From: an uncultured Clostridia bacterium | GTDB taxonomy: Bacteria; Bacillota; Clostridia; TANB77; CAG-508 | Length of the DNA stretch: 64,000 nt | Assembly: GCA_947581825.1 (NCBI GenBank) | Contig: CANPVP010000002.1 | Coordinates: 104,747 to 168,746 of the forward strand | Direction of reading: 5' to 3' | Part shown: one piece after another, positions 25,412 to 36,847 of the stretch | Layout of the letters: each line of letters starts with the position of its first letter | Position numbering within the stretch: the stretch's first letter is position 1 | The notes under the pieces: model-generated | The model's database searches: none | What the model was told of the DNA's origin: nothing | What the model saw: only the letters and a program-made list of their open reading frames with translations | Translations under genes and position numbers: made by a program

Positions 25412-25578
25412 TGTTTAGAAAATAATTTAATTTTGGCGTTGTCAACTTTCATAAAAAACGCGGTTACATACAAAGAGTATGCGCCCTTGCCTTTTTTATA
25501 AAAGTTTCCTAGCCAAAATACAAATTCTTTTCTAAACTGTTAAAAATAAAGAAATATAAAATAAAAGGAAGATGATAT

Positions 25579-26109
25579 ATGAAGGAAAAAGAAAAAGTAG
25601 AAAATAATGAAGAAGTTCAAGTTGAGGAAAAAGAAGAAAAAAAGGACTTCAAAGAAAGTTTAAAAGTAGATGATTCTGCTACAGAAACAAAAAAAGAACT
25701 TGAAGAAACAACTGATAGGTTAAAAAGGTTAATGGCAGAATTTGATAATTTCAAAAAAAGAAGTAATAAAGAAAGAGAAATGCTATATAGTTCTTTAGTA
25801 GGAGATATAGTTACATCTTTTTTACCAGTTATTGATAACTTAGAAAAAGCAATGAATGTAGAAACAGCTGATGAAAATTATAAACAAGGAGTTTTAATGG
25901 TTGGAAAACAATTTAATGATGTATTAACTTCTTTAGGAATTGAAAAGATAGAAACAGTAGGAAAAACATTTAATCCAGAATACCACGAAGCTGTTAGTTC
26001 TATACAAGATGAAAGTGTAGGAGAACAAGAAATAACACAAGAATATAGAGCTGGATATAAATATAAGGATAGAGTTTTAAGACATGCAATGGTAGTAGTG
26101 GCAAACTAA
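25579..26109 (+). CDS. grpE: nucleotide exchange factor GrpE
   Basis: Coiled-coil LKRLMAEFDNFKKRSNKE and C-terminal beta domain. 176 aa. Confidence 0.9.
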   Translation: MKEKEKVENNEEVQVEEKEEKKDFKESLKVDDSATETKKELEETTDRLKRLMAEFDNFKKRSNKEREMLYSSLVGDIVTSFLPVIDNLEKAMNVETADENYKQGVLMVGKQFNDVLTSLGIEKIETVGKTFNPEYHEAVSSIQDESVGEQEITQEYRAGYKYKDRVLRHAMVVVAN

Positions 26110-26185
26110 AAAAGTAAATTAATTCAAAATTAATTTAATATAAATTATTTTACAAAAGAGAATAAATAAAAATTTAAATATATAG

Positions 26186-28048
<1,863 letters not shown>

Positions 28049-28075
28049 AAGTATAGAAAAATAAAAAAATTGTAG

Positions 28076-28094
28076 GGGCGATTATTAATCGCCC
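28076..28094 (+). terminator. stable GC hairpin gggcgatt-att-aatcgccc between dnaK and dnaJ (partial terminator/processing site; no T-run)
   Basis: Perfect 8-bp stem. GC-rich, which is unusual in this genome. Confidence 0.4.
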
Positions 28095-28190
28095 GTATAC
28101 CATTTATTTGCATACAAGTAAATCTATTTTAATAAATGTAGATATGATGAATGGATAGCTTTATAGCAAATAAAATCTGTGGAGGAAAAA

Positions 28191-29324
28191 ATGTCAGATA
28201 AAAGAGATTACTATGAAGTTTTAGGTGTAAATAAAAATGCAACAGATGAAGAAATAAAAAAAGCATATAGAAAATTAGCCAAAAAATATCATCCAGATGC
28301 TAATCCAGATAATAAGAAAGAAGCAGAAGCGAAATTTAAAGAAGTAAATGAAGCATATGAGAATTTATCAGATCCACAAAAGAGAAGAATGTATGATCAA
28401 TTTGGACATGATGGACCATCAGGTTTTGGCGGAGGTCAAAATGGTTATTATTCATATACAACTAGTGATTTTGACATGGGAGATCTAGGTGATATATTTT
28501 CATCTTTCTTTGGAGGAGGCTTTGGAGGTTTTGGTTCCAGAACTGCAAGAGCTAATAATGGACCAACAAAAGGTGCTGACCTAAGGTATGATATAGAATT
28601 AACTTTTGAAGAATCATTTATGGGGGTTGAAAAGGAAATTTCTATATCTAGATTAGAAAATTGTGAAAAATGTGGTGGAACAGGAGCTAAAGCAGGAACC
28701 GGTGTAGAAACTTGTAAAACTTGTGGGGGAACAGGAAAAATAAAGCAAACTCAAGGAGGATTTTTTACTACATATAGAACATGTACTGCTTGTCATGGGG
28801 AAGGTAAAATAATAAAAGAACCATGCGATGCTTGTAATGGAAAAGGAAAAGAAAAGAAGCATGTGAAAGTAAAAGTTAATATACCAGCAGGTATTGCAGA
28901 TGGTCAAACAGTAGTGTTAAGAGGAGAAGGTGCTGTAGGCTCTAATGGTGGACCAAAAGGAGACCTATATATAAATGCACATATAAAAAGACATCATTTA
29001 TATGAAAGACAAGATAATAACGTATTTTGTGAAATACCTGTAAGTTTCACACAGGCAACTTTAGGAGCAGATATAGAAGTACCAATGGTAGACGGAAAAA
29101 AAGAAAAATTTAAAATACCAGAAGGAACTCAAACTGGAACTAAATTTAGAGTGAGAGGAAAAGGTTTCAAAGCAATAAATTCTAACTATCAAGGAGATTT
29201 AATATTCTCTGTTGTAGTTCAAACTCCTAAAAAACTAACAAAAGAACAAAGAGAATTATTAGTAGAATTAGCTAAAACAATGAATGAACAACCACCAGTT
29301 AAAAAGAGAGGAATATTTGGATAA
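28191..29324 (+). CDS. dnaJ: co-chaperone DnaJ
   Basis: J-domain HPD (KYHPDAN), G/F-rich region, four CxxCxGxG zinc-finger repeats. ATG at 28191 follows GGAGG. The track GTG at 28179 overlaps the ribosome binding site. Confidence 0.95.
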   Translation: MSDKRDYYEVLGVNKNATDEEIKKAYRKLAKKYHPDANPDNKKEAEAKFKEVNEAYENLSDPQKRRMYDQFGHDGPSGFGGGQNGYYSYTTSDFDMGDLGDIFSSFFGGGFGGFGSRTARANNGPTKGADLRYDIELTFEESFMGVEKEISISRLENCEKCGGTGAKAGTGVETCKTCGGTGKIKQTQGGFFTTYRTCTACHGEGKIIKEPCDACNGKGKEKKHVKVKVNIPAGIADGQTVVLRGEGAVGSNGGPKGDLYINAHIKRHHLYERQDNNVFCEIPVSFTQATLGADIEVPMVDGKKEKFKIPEGTQTGTKFRVRGKGFKAINSNYQGDLIFSVVVQTPKKLTKEQRELLVELAKTMNEQPPVKKRGIFG

Positions 29325-29336
29325 ACAATAATTAAT

Positions 29337-29360
29337 ACAGCCTTGTTAAGGCTGTATTTG
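29337..29360 (+). terminator. rho-independent terminator after dnaJ (acagcctt-gtt-aaggctgt-ATTT)
   Basis: 8-bp stem. Ends the hrcA operon. Confidence 0.6.
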
Positions 29361-29427
29361 ATTATATATTTGAAATATAGTATAATTTAAACTAAGATAT
29401 ATAAATTATATGGAGATGTGTTTTTAT

Positions 29428-30108
29428 ATGGATGTGTTTGAAAAGAGGGAAGATCAAAGAAGAAAAGAAGAAGAAAAAAAGTCGAAAAAGATAAAAGAAA
29501 GAAAAATCTATAGTGAAAAGGAAAGAATATTAATAGATGCATATAAAAAAGAAATAGAGCAAGTGTTAAATCTGTTTTCTCAAACAAGAATAGAAAGAGA
29601 CGAAGAAACAGGAGTATGTAAACGTCCCACAAAACCATATATTAGTCCAAGCATGGTAAAAAAAGCAGCTGAGCTACCAGAAGAATTTATAAAAAATTTA
29701 GGTAAAAAGTTTTGGAATGAAATTCCTGGATATTTAGATAGAGCAGGTAGAAAAATATCAAATATACAAAAGGAATTTCTACGAATAAGGAAAGAAATTG
29801 CAATTCAATTTGGTATTGATGAGCAACTTACATCAGCTGTTATAGATAGATATTTAAGATTATATGCAGAACAAGAAGGAGAAAAAATATATAAAAAAGG
29901 TGGAGAACATGATGTTGATGGTCGATATATGTATGGATTTAATTGGGGAGATTTATCAAGAGTAATGTTATATCATAGATTAACAGGATATATGTGGACA
30001 GCAGACTTAATGGATAGAATGAGAGCACGAGAAGTGAAAAAAGATGAAATGAGGAAAAATGAAAAAAAAGAGATTGATAAAGCTGAAGCTGAAAATAAAA
30101 AAAGATAG
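29428..30108 (+). CDS. hypothetical highly charged (K/E/R-rich) cytoplasmic protein
   Basis: ATG 29428 preceded by GGAGATG. 226 aa, no recognised motif. Upstream of the AIM24-family gene. Confidence 0.45.
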   Translation: MDVFEKREDQRRKEEEKKSKKIKERKIYSEKERILIDAYKKEIEQVLNLFSQTRIERDEETGVCKRPTKPYISPSMVKKAAELPEEFIKNLGKKFWNEIPGYLDRAGRKISNIQKEFLRIRKEIAIQFGIDEQLTSAVIDRYLRLYAEQEGEKIYKKGGEHDVDGRYMYGFNWGDLSRVMLYHRLTGYMWTADLMDRMRAREVKKDEMRKNEKKEIDKAEAENKKR

Positions 30109-30171
30109 ATATTGACATCCTCAATATTTAGTATAATAATGATAGAGTATAAAAATGAGGAGGTAATATTT

Positions 30172-30969
30172 ATGTATAATATAAAGAATTTATTTGACAA
30201 TGATGATGTTAGAATAGCAGATGAAAGAGCTGGTATGAAAGTTATTGAATATAAAAGGGATTTAAGTGTAATGCCAAGTTCGGCAGAAACATCTTATTTT
30301 GCTGCAAAAATGAATGTAAGAAAAAGACAATTAGTAATAGAATTAGATGGTAGCGAAGAATATACATTAAGTTCTGGTGCAATGCAATGGATGGTAGGAG
30401 ATGTTCAGGCAGCAGCAGATGTAAAAGGTGTAGGTGATTTCTTAGGAAAAGCAATTAAAGGAAGTGTTACAAAAGAAGGAGCAGTAAAACCTAAGTATAA
30501 AGGAAAAGGTACTTTAGTGTTAGAACCAACATATAAACATGTTTTATTGGAAGATGTTGGAGCATGGGGGAGTGGAATTGTTTTAGATGATGGATTATTT
30601 TTAGCTTGTGAAGCAAAGTTAAAACAAAATGTAGTAATGCGTTCTAATCTATCTTCAGCAGTATTAGGAAGAGAAGGCTTATTTAATTTGAGTTTATCAG
30701 GTTCAGGAATAGTAGCATTAGAATCACCAGTTCCAAGAGAAGAATTGGTAGAAGTAGAATTAAAAGATGATGTTATAAAAATAGATGGAAACTTTGCAAT
30801 TGCATGGTCTAACAGTTTGGAATTCACTGTAGAAAAGACAACAAAGAGCTTAATTGGTTCAGCAGCATCTGGAGAAGGTTTTGTTAATGTTTATAGAGGA
30901 ACAGGAAAAGTTTTACTAGCACCTGTAAAAGATTTGACAGTACGTTCAGCAATGTCTTTAGTTAAATAA
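30172..30969 (+). CDS. AIM24-family (DUF124/TIGR00266) protein
   Basis: ATG 30172 follows GAGGAGGT. Characteristic beta-rich repeats (VLGREGLFNLSLSGSG, GEGFVNVYRGTG). Confidence 0.65.
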   Translation: MYNIKNLFDNDDVRIADERAGMKVIEYKRDLSVMPSSAETSYFAAKMNVRKRQLVIELDGSEEYTLSSGAMQWMVGDVQAAADVKGVGDFLGKAIKGSVTKEGAVKPKYKGKGTLVLEPTYKHVLLEDVGAWGSGIVLDDGLFLACEAKLKQNVVMRSNLSSAVLGREGLFNLSLSGSGIVALESPVPREELVEVELKDDVIKIDGNFAIAWSNSLEFTVEKTTKSLIGSAASGEGFVNVYRGTGKVLLAPVKDLTVRSAMSLVK

Positions 30970-30981
30970 TTTTTATAAATA

Positions 30982-31010
30982 AAGGTCGAATACTTGTTAT
31001 TCGACCTTTT
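30982..31010 (+). terminator. rho-independent terminator (aaaggtcgaata-cttgt-tattcgacctttt)
   Basis: Perfect 11-12 bp stem. Confidence 0.7.
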
Positions 31011-31073
31011 ACTTTACAAAAAGTAAAAAATATGATATAAATAATAGGTTATAAATTGAAAGAGGTTGAAAAA

Positions 31074-32378
31074 ATGAATGTAGGATTTATATCATTAGGT
31101 TGTAGTAAAAATTTAGTAGATACTGAAATGACTATTGGGTTATTCAAAAAGAATAATTATAATGTAGTTAATAATCCAAATGAAGCGGATATAATTATTA
31201 TAAATACATGTGGTTTTATAGAGTCAGCAAAACAAGAAGCAATAGATACCATTTTAGAAATGGCAGAATACAAGAAAAAAAGATGCAAATATTTAATTGC
31301 TATGGGATGTTTAGTGCAAAGGTATAAAGAGGAATTACAAGACCTATTACCAGAAGTAGACTTATTTATAAAATATAAAGAATATGATACGATTTGGGAG
31401 CAAATAGAAGAGTTAATAGGAAGAAATAAAGAAAATGATACTAAATTGAAGTTTGAAGATAGAACAATTACTACAGGAAAGAATTTTGCATATTTAAGAA
31501 TTGCAGAGGGATGTAGTAACAGATGTACATATTGTGCAATTCCATATATAAGAGGAAATTTTGTTAGTAGAAAAATAGAAGATATATTAGAAGAAGCAAA
31601 AAAACTAGCTAAAAATGGATATAAAGAATTAATAGTAATAGCACAGGATACAAGTAAATATGGAATAGATTTATATGGAGAATCTAAATTAGCAGAATTG
31701 CTGGAAAAATTAGCCCAAATAAAAGAACTTAAATGGATTAGATTTTTATATACATATCCAGAATCTATTACAGATGAACTAATTAGAGTAGTTAAAGAAA
31801 ATGATAATGTATGTAAATACTTTGATATACCAATTCAACATATTTCAGATTCAGTTCTAAAAAGAATGAATAGAAAAAGTAAAGGACAAGATATAAAGAA
31901 TGTAATAGATAAGATTAGGAAAGAAATTCCAGAAGTGATAATAAGAACAACTGTAATGGTAGGTTTTCCAGGAGAAACGGAAGATGACTTTGAAAAGTTA
32001 TATAAATTTGTGGAAGAGACTAAATTTGATAGATTAGGTGCATTTGCATATTCAAAAGAGGATGGAACTCCAGCAGAAAAATTAAATAATCAAATACATC
32101 ATATGACTAAAAAGAAAAGATATAATAAAATAATGAAATTACAACAAGAAATTTCAGAAAAAAATACAGAAAAACAAATAGGAAAAGAACTAGAAGTGTT
32201 AATTGAAAATGAAAGTTTTGATGGAAAATTTTATATTGGAAGAAGTATGAATGAAGTTCCAGATATAGATGGAGTTATATATATAAAAAAGGACAGAGAA
32301 AATTGTTTAGATAAGTTTGCAAATGTGAGAATTATAGATAGTAAAGGTTATGATTTAATAGCAAAAATTAAAAAGTAA
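31074..32378 (+). CDS. rimO: ribosomal protein S12 methylthiotransferase RimO
   Basis: MTTase N-domain (VGFISLGCSKNLVDTE), radical-SAM CxxxCxxC (CSNRCTYC), C-terminal TRAM domain. 434 aa. ATG 31074 follows AGAGG. Confidence 0.85.
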   Translation: MNVGFISLGCSKNLVDTEMTIGLFKKNNYNVVNNPNEADIIIINTCGFIESAKQEAIDTILEMAEYKKKRCKYLIAMGCLVQRYKEELQDLLPEVDLFIKYKEYDTIWEQIEELIGRNKENDTKLKFEDRTITTGKNFAYLRIAEGCSNRCTYCAIPYIRGNFVSRKIEDILEEAKKLAKNGYKELIVIAQDTSKYGIDLYGESKLAELLEKLAQIKELKWIRFLYTYPESITDELIRVVKENDNVCKYFDIPIQHISDSVLKRMNRKSKGQDIKNVIDKIRKEIPEVIIRTTVMVGFPGETEDDFEKLYKFVEETKFDRLGAFAYSKEDGTPAEKLNNQIHHMTKKKRYNKIMKLQQEISEKNTEKQIGKELEVLIENESFDGKFYIGRSMNEVPDIDGVIYIKKDRENCLDKFANVRIIDSKGYDLIAKIKK

Positions 32379-32390
32379 AAAGTAAAAATA

Positions 32391-32432
32391 AAAGCAATAA
32401 GATATTAATTAATATTTTATTGCTTTCAATGT
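32391..32432 (+). terminator. hairpin aaagcaataa-N16-ttattgcttt after rimO
   Basis: Perfect 10-bp stem with a weak T-run. Confidence 0.4.
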
Positions 32433-32613
32433 TTTTGCAACAAAATAAAATAAAAACTTAAAATAAAAAGTACTTGTGTATTGTTTCACATCATTGACTA
32501 ACAAATAATATTAGTTCTTTTTATTTGTTATTATATTTACAATGAAATACATGTTGTGATATTATAAAAACAATAAGTAAAATACTACAAAAGTAAAAAA
32601 GGGGAAATTAAGA

Positions 32614-35241
32614 TTGAAAATAAATGGTAAAGAAAAAAATAGTAGAATAGAACAAATGGATAAATCCATAAAGGATAAGTCAAAAAAAGTAAAAAGAAAT
32701 GATTTTATGATATTTATAGTAATAATAATTATGGTAATTACCATTTATTATGCGTATCGTCTATTTTCCTCTCTTATTACAGATGAAATTAGTGCAAGAT
32801 CAATCAAAAATATGACAGAATTATCAAAACATGATGAAAAATCAATTGTATCTGGATTAGAGCATAGGTGGAAAAACTTAGATGGAATAGCAAACAGGAT
32901 AAGAAAAAATAAGAATAAAGATGTTCAAGAAATGCTAGAAGAATTGAATATTGAAGCAGAAATAGAAGAATGTAAAGAATTATTATTAGTAACCGATAAA
33001 GGAAAAACTTTTAGCAGTACATATACTATAAAAGACGATCAAGAATTATTAGAGTTATTAAAAAATTCAAAGGATAAATTTGCAAGAAGAAAAGATACTA
33101 GTGACAATATTGCTGTAGATGCACGTAGGGAAGTATTGCAAATTGGTATAAAGATTGATCCAATAAAAATAGGAAAAGACAATATTGTATATGCAATAGC
33201 AAATTACAATATTGGAGATTTAACAGACGAACTAAAAATTCAAAGTTATAATGGACAAGGATATAGTAGTGTTGTAGATATAGACGGCTTTTACATAATA
33301 TCTGTATATAAAACTAATCAGGTATCTGACAAGGATAATTTTTTTGAGGTAATAAGCAGAGAAAAAAGTGAAGAACCAGTTAATGTAGATGATGTAAAAA
33401 AGAAGATGGAGAATAGGGAAAGTTTCTCCTTAAAATATAAATTAGATGGACAAGATAGAATAATGGTTTGTACACCAATGACAGATGTAGACTGGTATTG
33501 TGTAATGACTCTACCGATTTCTATATATATAGGACAAAGTAGAGAAATGTTAACAATATTAACAATCTTAATTTTTGTAGTATTAATAACTATAGGAATA
33601 GTTTATATATTGGTTTATAAAAATAGTTCACAAAAAAATATAATGAAATTTGAAGCTAAACATAAAGGCGAATTAGAATCAGCATTAGCTATGGCAGAAC
33701 AGGCAAACCGAGCGAAAACAACATTCTTAAACAACATGTCACATGATATTCGTACACCGATGAATGCTATTATAGGTTTCACATCATTAGCCAAAATGCA
33801 TATAGATAACAAATCAAGTGTAGAGGGATATTTAGAGAAAATAACACAATCATCAAATCATTTACTATCATTAATAAATGACGTATTAGATATGAGTAGA
33901 ATTGAATCAGGTAAGGTAAGTATAAATGAAAAAGAAGAAAACCTTGCAGATATACTTCATAGTATTAGAAATATTATACAAGCAGATATAAATGCAAATC
34001 AGCTAGAATTTATAATTGATACAGTAGATGTAATAGATGAGAACATTTACTGTGATAAATTGAGATTAAATCAAATATTAATTAATCTTCTATCAAATTC
34101 AATTAAATTTACTGAACCAGGTGGACAAATAGCTGTGCGCATAACAGAAAAACCAGTAAAGAAAAAAGGCTATGGAACTTATGAATTTAGAATAAGGGAT
34201 ACAGGAATTGGAATTAGTAAAGAATTTATGAAAGAAATTTTTGAGCCATTTGCAAGAGAACGTACTTCAACAGTAAGTGGTATTCAAGGAACTGGCTTAG
34301 GAATGGCTATTACTAAAAACATTGTAGATATGATGGGAGGAACAATTGAAGTAGAAAGTGAAGTCGGAAAAGGAACTGAGTTTATTGTTACTCTACAATT
34401 TAAACTACAAGAAGAGCATAAAAAAATAGAAGAGATAGAAATTCTAAAAGGTGTGAATGCTTTAGTTATTGATGATGACATGAATTCTTGTCAAAGTATT
34501 GCACATATGTTAAGACAATTTGGACTAAAACCAGAATGGACAATGCATGGAAAAGAAGCAATAGCACGTGTAAAGGAAGCAAAACAAATTCAAGAACAAT
34601 ATCACATATATATAGTGGATTGGCTAATGCCTGATATGAATGGTATTGAAACTACAAGACAAATTCGAAAGGTTGTAGGAAAAGATGCAATAATAATTTT
34701 GCTTTCAGCATATGACTGGGGAGAAATTGAGAAAGAAGCAAGAGAAGCAGGAGTTACAGAATTTGTTAATAAACCATTATTCCCTTCTGACTTAAGGAGA
34801 ATACTATTAAAAGCTGTAGGAGCTGAGAAGCAAAAAAAGGAAGAAGAAAAAGTTGATTTTAGTGGAAAAAGGATTTTACTAGTAGAAGATAATATGATGA
34901 ATAGAGAAATTGCAACAGAATATTTACAAGATTTTGGCTTTAAAGTAGAAAATGCAGAAAATGGAAAAGAAGCTTGTGATATTCTAGAAAAGGCTGAACC
35001 AGGATATTTTGATTTAGTTTTAATGGATATTCAAATGCCAATTATGAATGGATATGAAGCAGCAAAAACTATTCGTAATTTTAAAAATAAGCAAATTGCT
35101 AATATTCCTATTTTAGCCATGACAGCAAATGCTTTTGAAGAAGACAAAAAAGCTGCTAAGGAAGCAGGTATGGATGGACATTTAGCAAAACCAATTGATA
35201 TTCCAAAATTAATACAAGCACTAAAAGATATTTTAAATTAA
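32614..35241 (+). CDS. hybrid sensor histidine kinase: TM-extracytoplasmic Cache-like sensor-TM-HisKA-HATPase-REC-REC
   Basis: H-box MSHDIRTPMNAIIGF, G-boxes, then two receiver domains (LVIDDDMNSCQ...D; KRILLVEDNMMNREI...DLVLMDIQMP). 875 aa. Confidence 0.85.
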   Translation: MKINGKEKNSRIEQMDKSIKDKSKKVKRNDFMIFIVIIIMVITIYYAYRLFSSLITDEISARSIKNMTELSKHDEKSIVSGLEHRWKNLDGIANRIRKNKNKDVQEMLEELNIEAEIEECKELLLVTDKGKTFSSTYTIKDDQELLELLKNSKDKFARRKDTSDNIAVDARREVLQIGIKIDPIKIGKDNIVYAIANYNIGDLTDELKIQSYNGQGYSSVVDIDGFYIISVYKTNQVSDKDNFFEVISREKSEEPVNVDDVKKKMENRESFSLKYKLDGQDRIMVCTPMTDVDWYCVMTLPISIYIGQSREMLTILTILIFVVLITIGIVYILVYKNSSQKNIMKFEAKHKGELESALAMAEQANRAKTTFLNNMSHDIRTPMNAIIGFTSLAKMHIDNKSSVEGYLEKITQSSNHLLSLINDVLDMSRIESGKVSINEKEENLADILHSIRNIIQADINANQLEFIIDTVDVIDENIYCDKLRLNQILINLLSNSIKFTEPGGQIAVRITEKPVKKKGYGTYEFRIRDTGIGISKEFMKEIFEPFARERTSTVSGIQGTGLGMAITKNIVDMMGGTIEVESEVGKGTEFIVTLQFKLQEEHKKIEEIEILKGVNALVIDDDMNSCQSIAHMLRQFGLKPEWTMHGKEAIARVKEAKQIQEQYHIYIVDWLMPDMNGIETTRQIRKVVGKDAIIILLSAYDWGEIEKEAREAGVTEFVNKPLFPSDLRRILLKAVGAEKQKKEEEKVDFSGKRILLVEDNMMNREIATEYLQDFGFKVENAENGKEACDILEKAEPGYFDLVLMDIQMPIMNGYEAAKTIRNFKNKQIANIPILAMTANAFEEDKKAAKEAGMDGHLAKPIDIPKLIQALKDILN

Positions 35242-35316
35242 AATTATATAACTATAAATATACTAATACATAATGTAAATTTTTAAGCAAGTTTATAAAT
35301 TTATGAGGAGGATAAT

Positions 35317-36675
35317 ATGAAGAAAAAAAAGAGTATTATTTTAATGGTAGCAGTATTATTAATAGTAATAGTAGGAATAGGAGTAAATTTTTTAGGAAAG
35401 AAAAATAATCAAAACAGCGAAGAGCAGAAAGAAGAAATCAAATTAACGATTAAAGTACCTGTATTACAAACATCATCTTATAAAGATAGTAATGTAAAAT
35501 CAGCATATGATTTGGTAAAAAAATTGGCAGATAATTTTGAAGAACAGTATAAAGACGCAAATGTTAAGGTAGATGTAATAGAATTTGAGAAAGATGAAGA
35601 AGATAATCAAATAATAGGATGTTTTGATACTAATGAAGCAGCAGATGTTTTATACGAAGAATATTTTAATATGTCAACTTATGTGCATACAGGAAAAGTT
35701 GTTCCTTTAGATGATATCATTACAGAAAATATAAGAAATGATATTGACGATAATTATTGGGATGTTAGTAAATTAAACGGAAAAACATATATGATGCCAT
35801 ACTTAGGTATGCAAAATACATTATGTTATAATAAAGATCTATTTAAAGAAGTGGGATTAGAAAAATATGTAACAGATGAAGATGTTGTTCAAAATTGGTC
35901 ACTAGAAGATTGGGATATAATCTTATCAACTTTGCAAAAAAAATTACCAGAAAATGTATATCCAATGTTAATGTATGCTAAAAACGAAATGGGAGACACA
36001 CATGTTATTACTCTTCTTCGTAGTAGAGGAAGCACTTTCTTTGATGAGAATGGAAGAGTAAAATTAACAACACCAGAAGGAATAGCAGCAGTAAAATGGC
36101 TTATGGATTGTAATGAAAAAGGCTATTTTCCTGCAAATGCAACAAATATAGAAATAAATGACTGTTATGATTTGTTTATGAATGGTCAGTTGGCAATATA
36201 TATAAATAATGCAGTATTAAATGATACACTTAAAACAAGTGGTGTAAATTATGGAAATGCAAATTTTCCATCTGTAGACGGAAAAGGGTTTAATACTACT
36301 TTCCTTACAGGATTTGAAGTATTTGATAATGGAAACGAAGAAAAATTAAAAGTAGCAAAAGATTTTATAAAATATATTTATGAAACAGATGAATTATTAG
36401 ACTACTCTGCTGGTGCAATACCATGTAGCAATGCGGTGGCTACTAGATTTGCTAAAGAATTAGAGGAAGAACAAAAATACATTGATAATAGTGAGCAAGG
36501 ATGGAACTTTACAGGAAATACACCTGAGTGGAGAAAAGTAAGAGCAGTATTCTATAAAGATATAAAACAATTATTAGATGGAGAAAAAACACCAGAAGAA
36601 ATTGCTAAACTAATAGAAGATGATTGTAACAAAGCTATAGAAGAAGGATATGCAAGTAGTAAACTACATGAATAA
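35317..36675 (+). CDS. extracellular solute-binding protein (family-1 sugar-binding-like), with no cognate permease genes nearby
   Basis: Uncleaved signal anchor (no lipobox Cys), 452 aa. GAGGAGG ribosome binding site 75 nt after the kinase stop with no terminator, so co-transcribed. Confidence 0.75.
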   Translation: MKKKKSIILMVAVLLIVIVGIGVNFLGKKNNQNSEEQKEEIKLTIKVPVLQTSSYKDSNVKSAYDLVKKLADNFEEQYKDANVKVDVIEFEKDEEDNQIIGCFDTNEAADVLYEEYFNMSTYVHTGKVVPLDDIITENIRNDIDDNYWDVSKLNGKTYMMPYLGMQNTLCYNKDLFKEVGLEKYVTDEDVVQNWSLEDWDIILSTLQKKLPENVYPMLMYAKNEMGDTHVITLLRSRGSTFFDENGRVKLTTPEGIAAVKWLMDCNEKGYFPANATNIEINDCYDLFMNGQLAIYINNAVLNDTLKTSGVNYGNANFPSVDGKGFNTTFLTGFEVFDNGNEEKLKVAKDFIKYIYETDELLDYSAGAIPCSNAVATRFAKELEEEQKYIDNSEQGWNFTGNTPEWRKVRAVFYKDIKQLLDGEKTPEEIAKLIEDDCNKAIEEGYASSKLHE

Positions 36676-36732
36676 TATATCAATTGGTTTTGAATCATTG
36701 ACTAACATACAAAAAATTTGAAATAAAAGTAC

Positions 36733-36761
36733 TTGACAGTTTACAGTAATCAATATAAAAT
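36733..36761 (+). promoter_or_regulatory. sigma-A promoter TTGACA-N17-TAAAAT for rny
   Basis: Consensus -35 and near-consensus -10, about 85 nt upstream of the rny ATG. Confidence 0.5.
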
Positions 36762-36847
36762 GATATGGTAAGTTAAAATATATTCTAAAAGTTAGTTATA
36801 TATATTATCGAACATTGAAAATTAAATAGAAAAGAGGTAGATTAATA

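Noticed and set aside
32466-36738. Direct-repeat flanks (ATCATTGACTAACA, ATAAAAGTACTTG) around the hybrid-kinase/binding-protein unit as evidence of a mobile element
   Set aside because: The two motifs occur in opposite order on the two sides and each contains a -35-like TTGAC. No integrase, transposase or terminal inverted repeats are present. They are more likely similar promoter/UP elements, and are mentioned only as a weak hint within the hybrid histidine-kinase finding.
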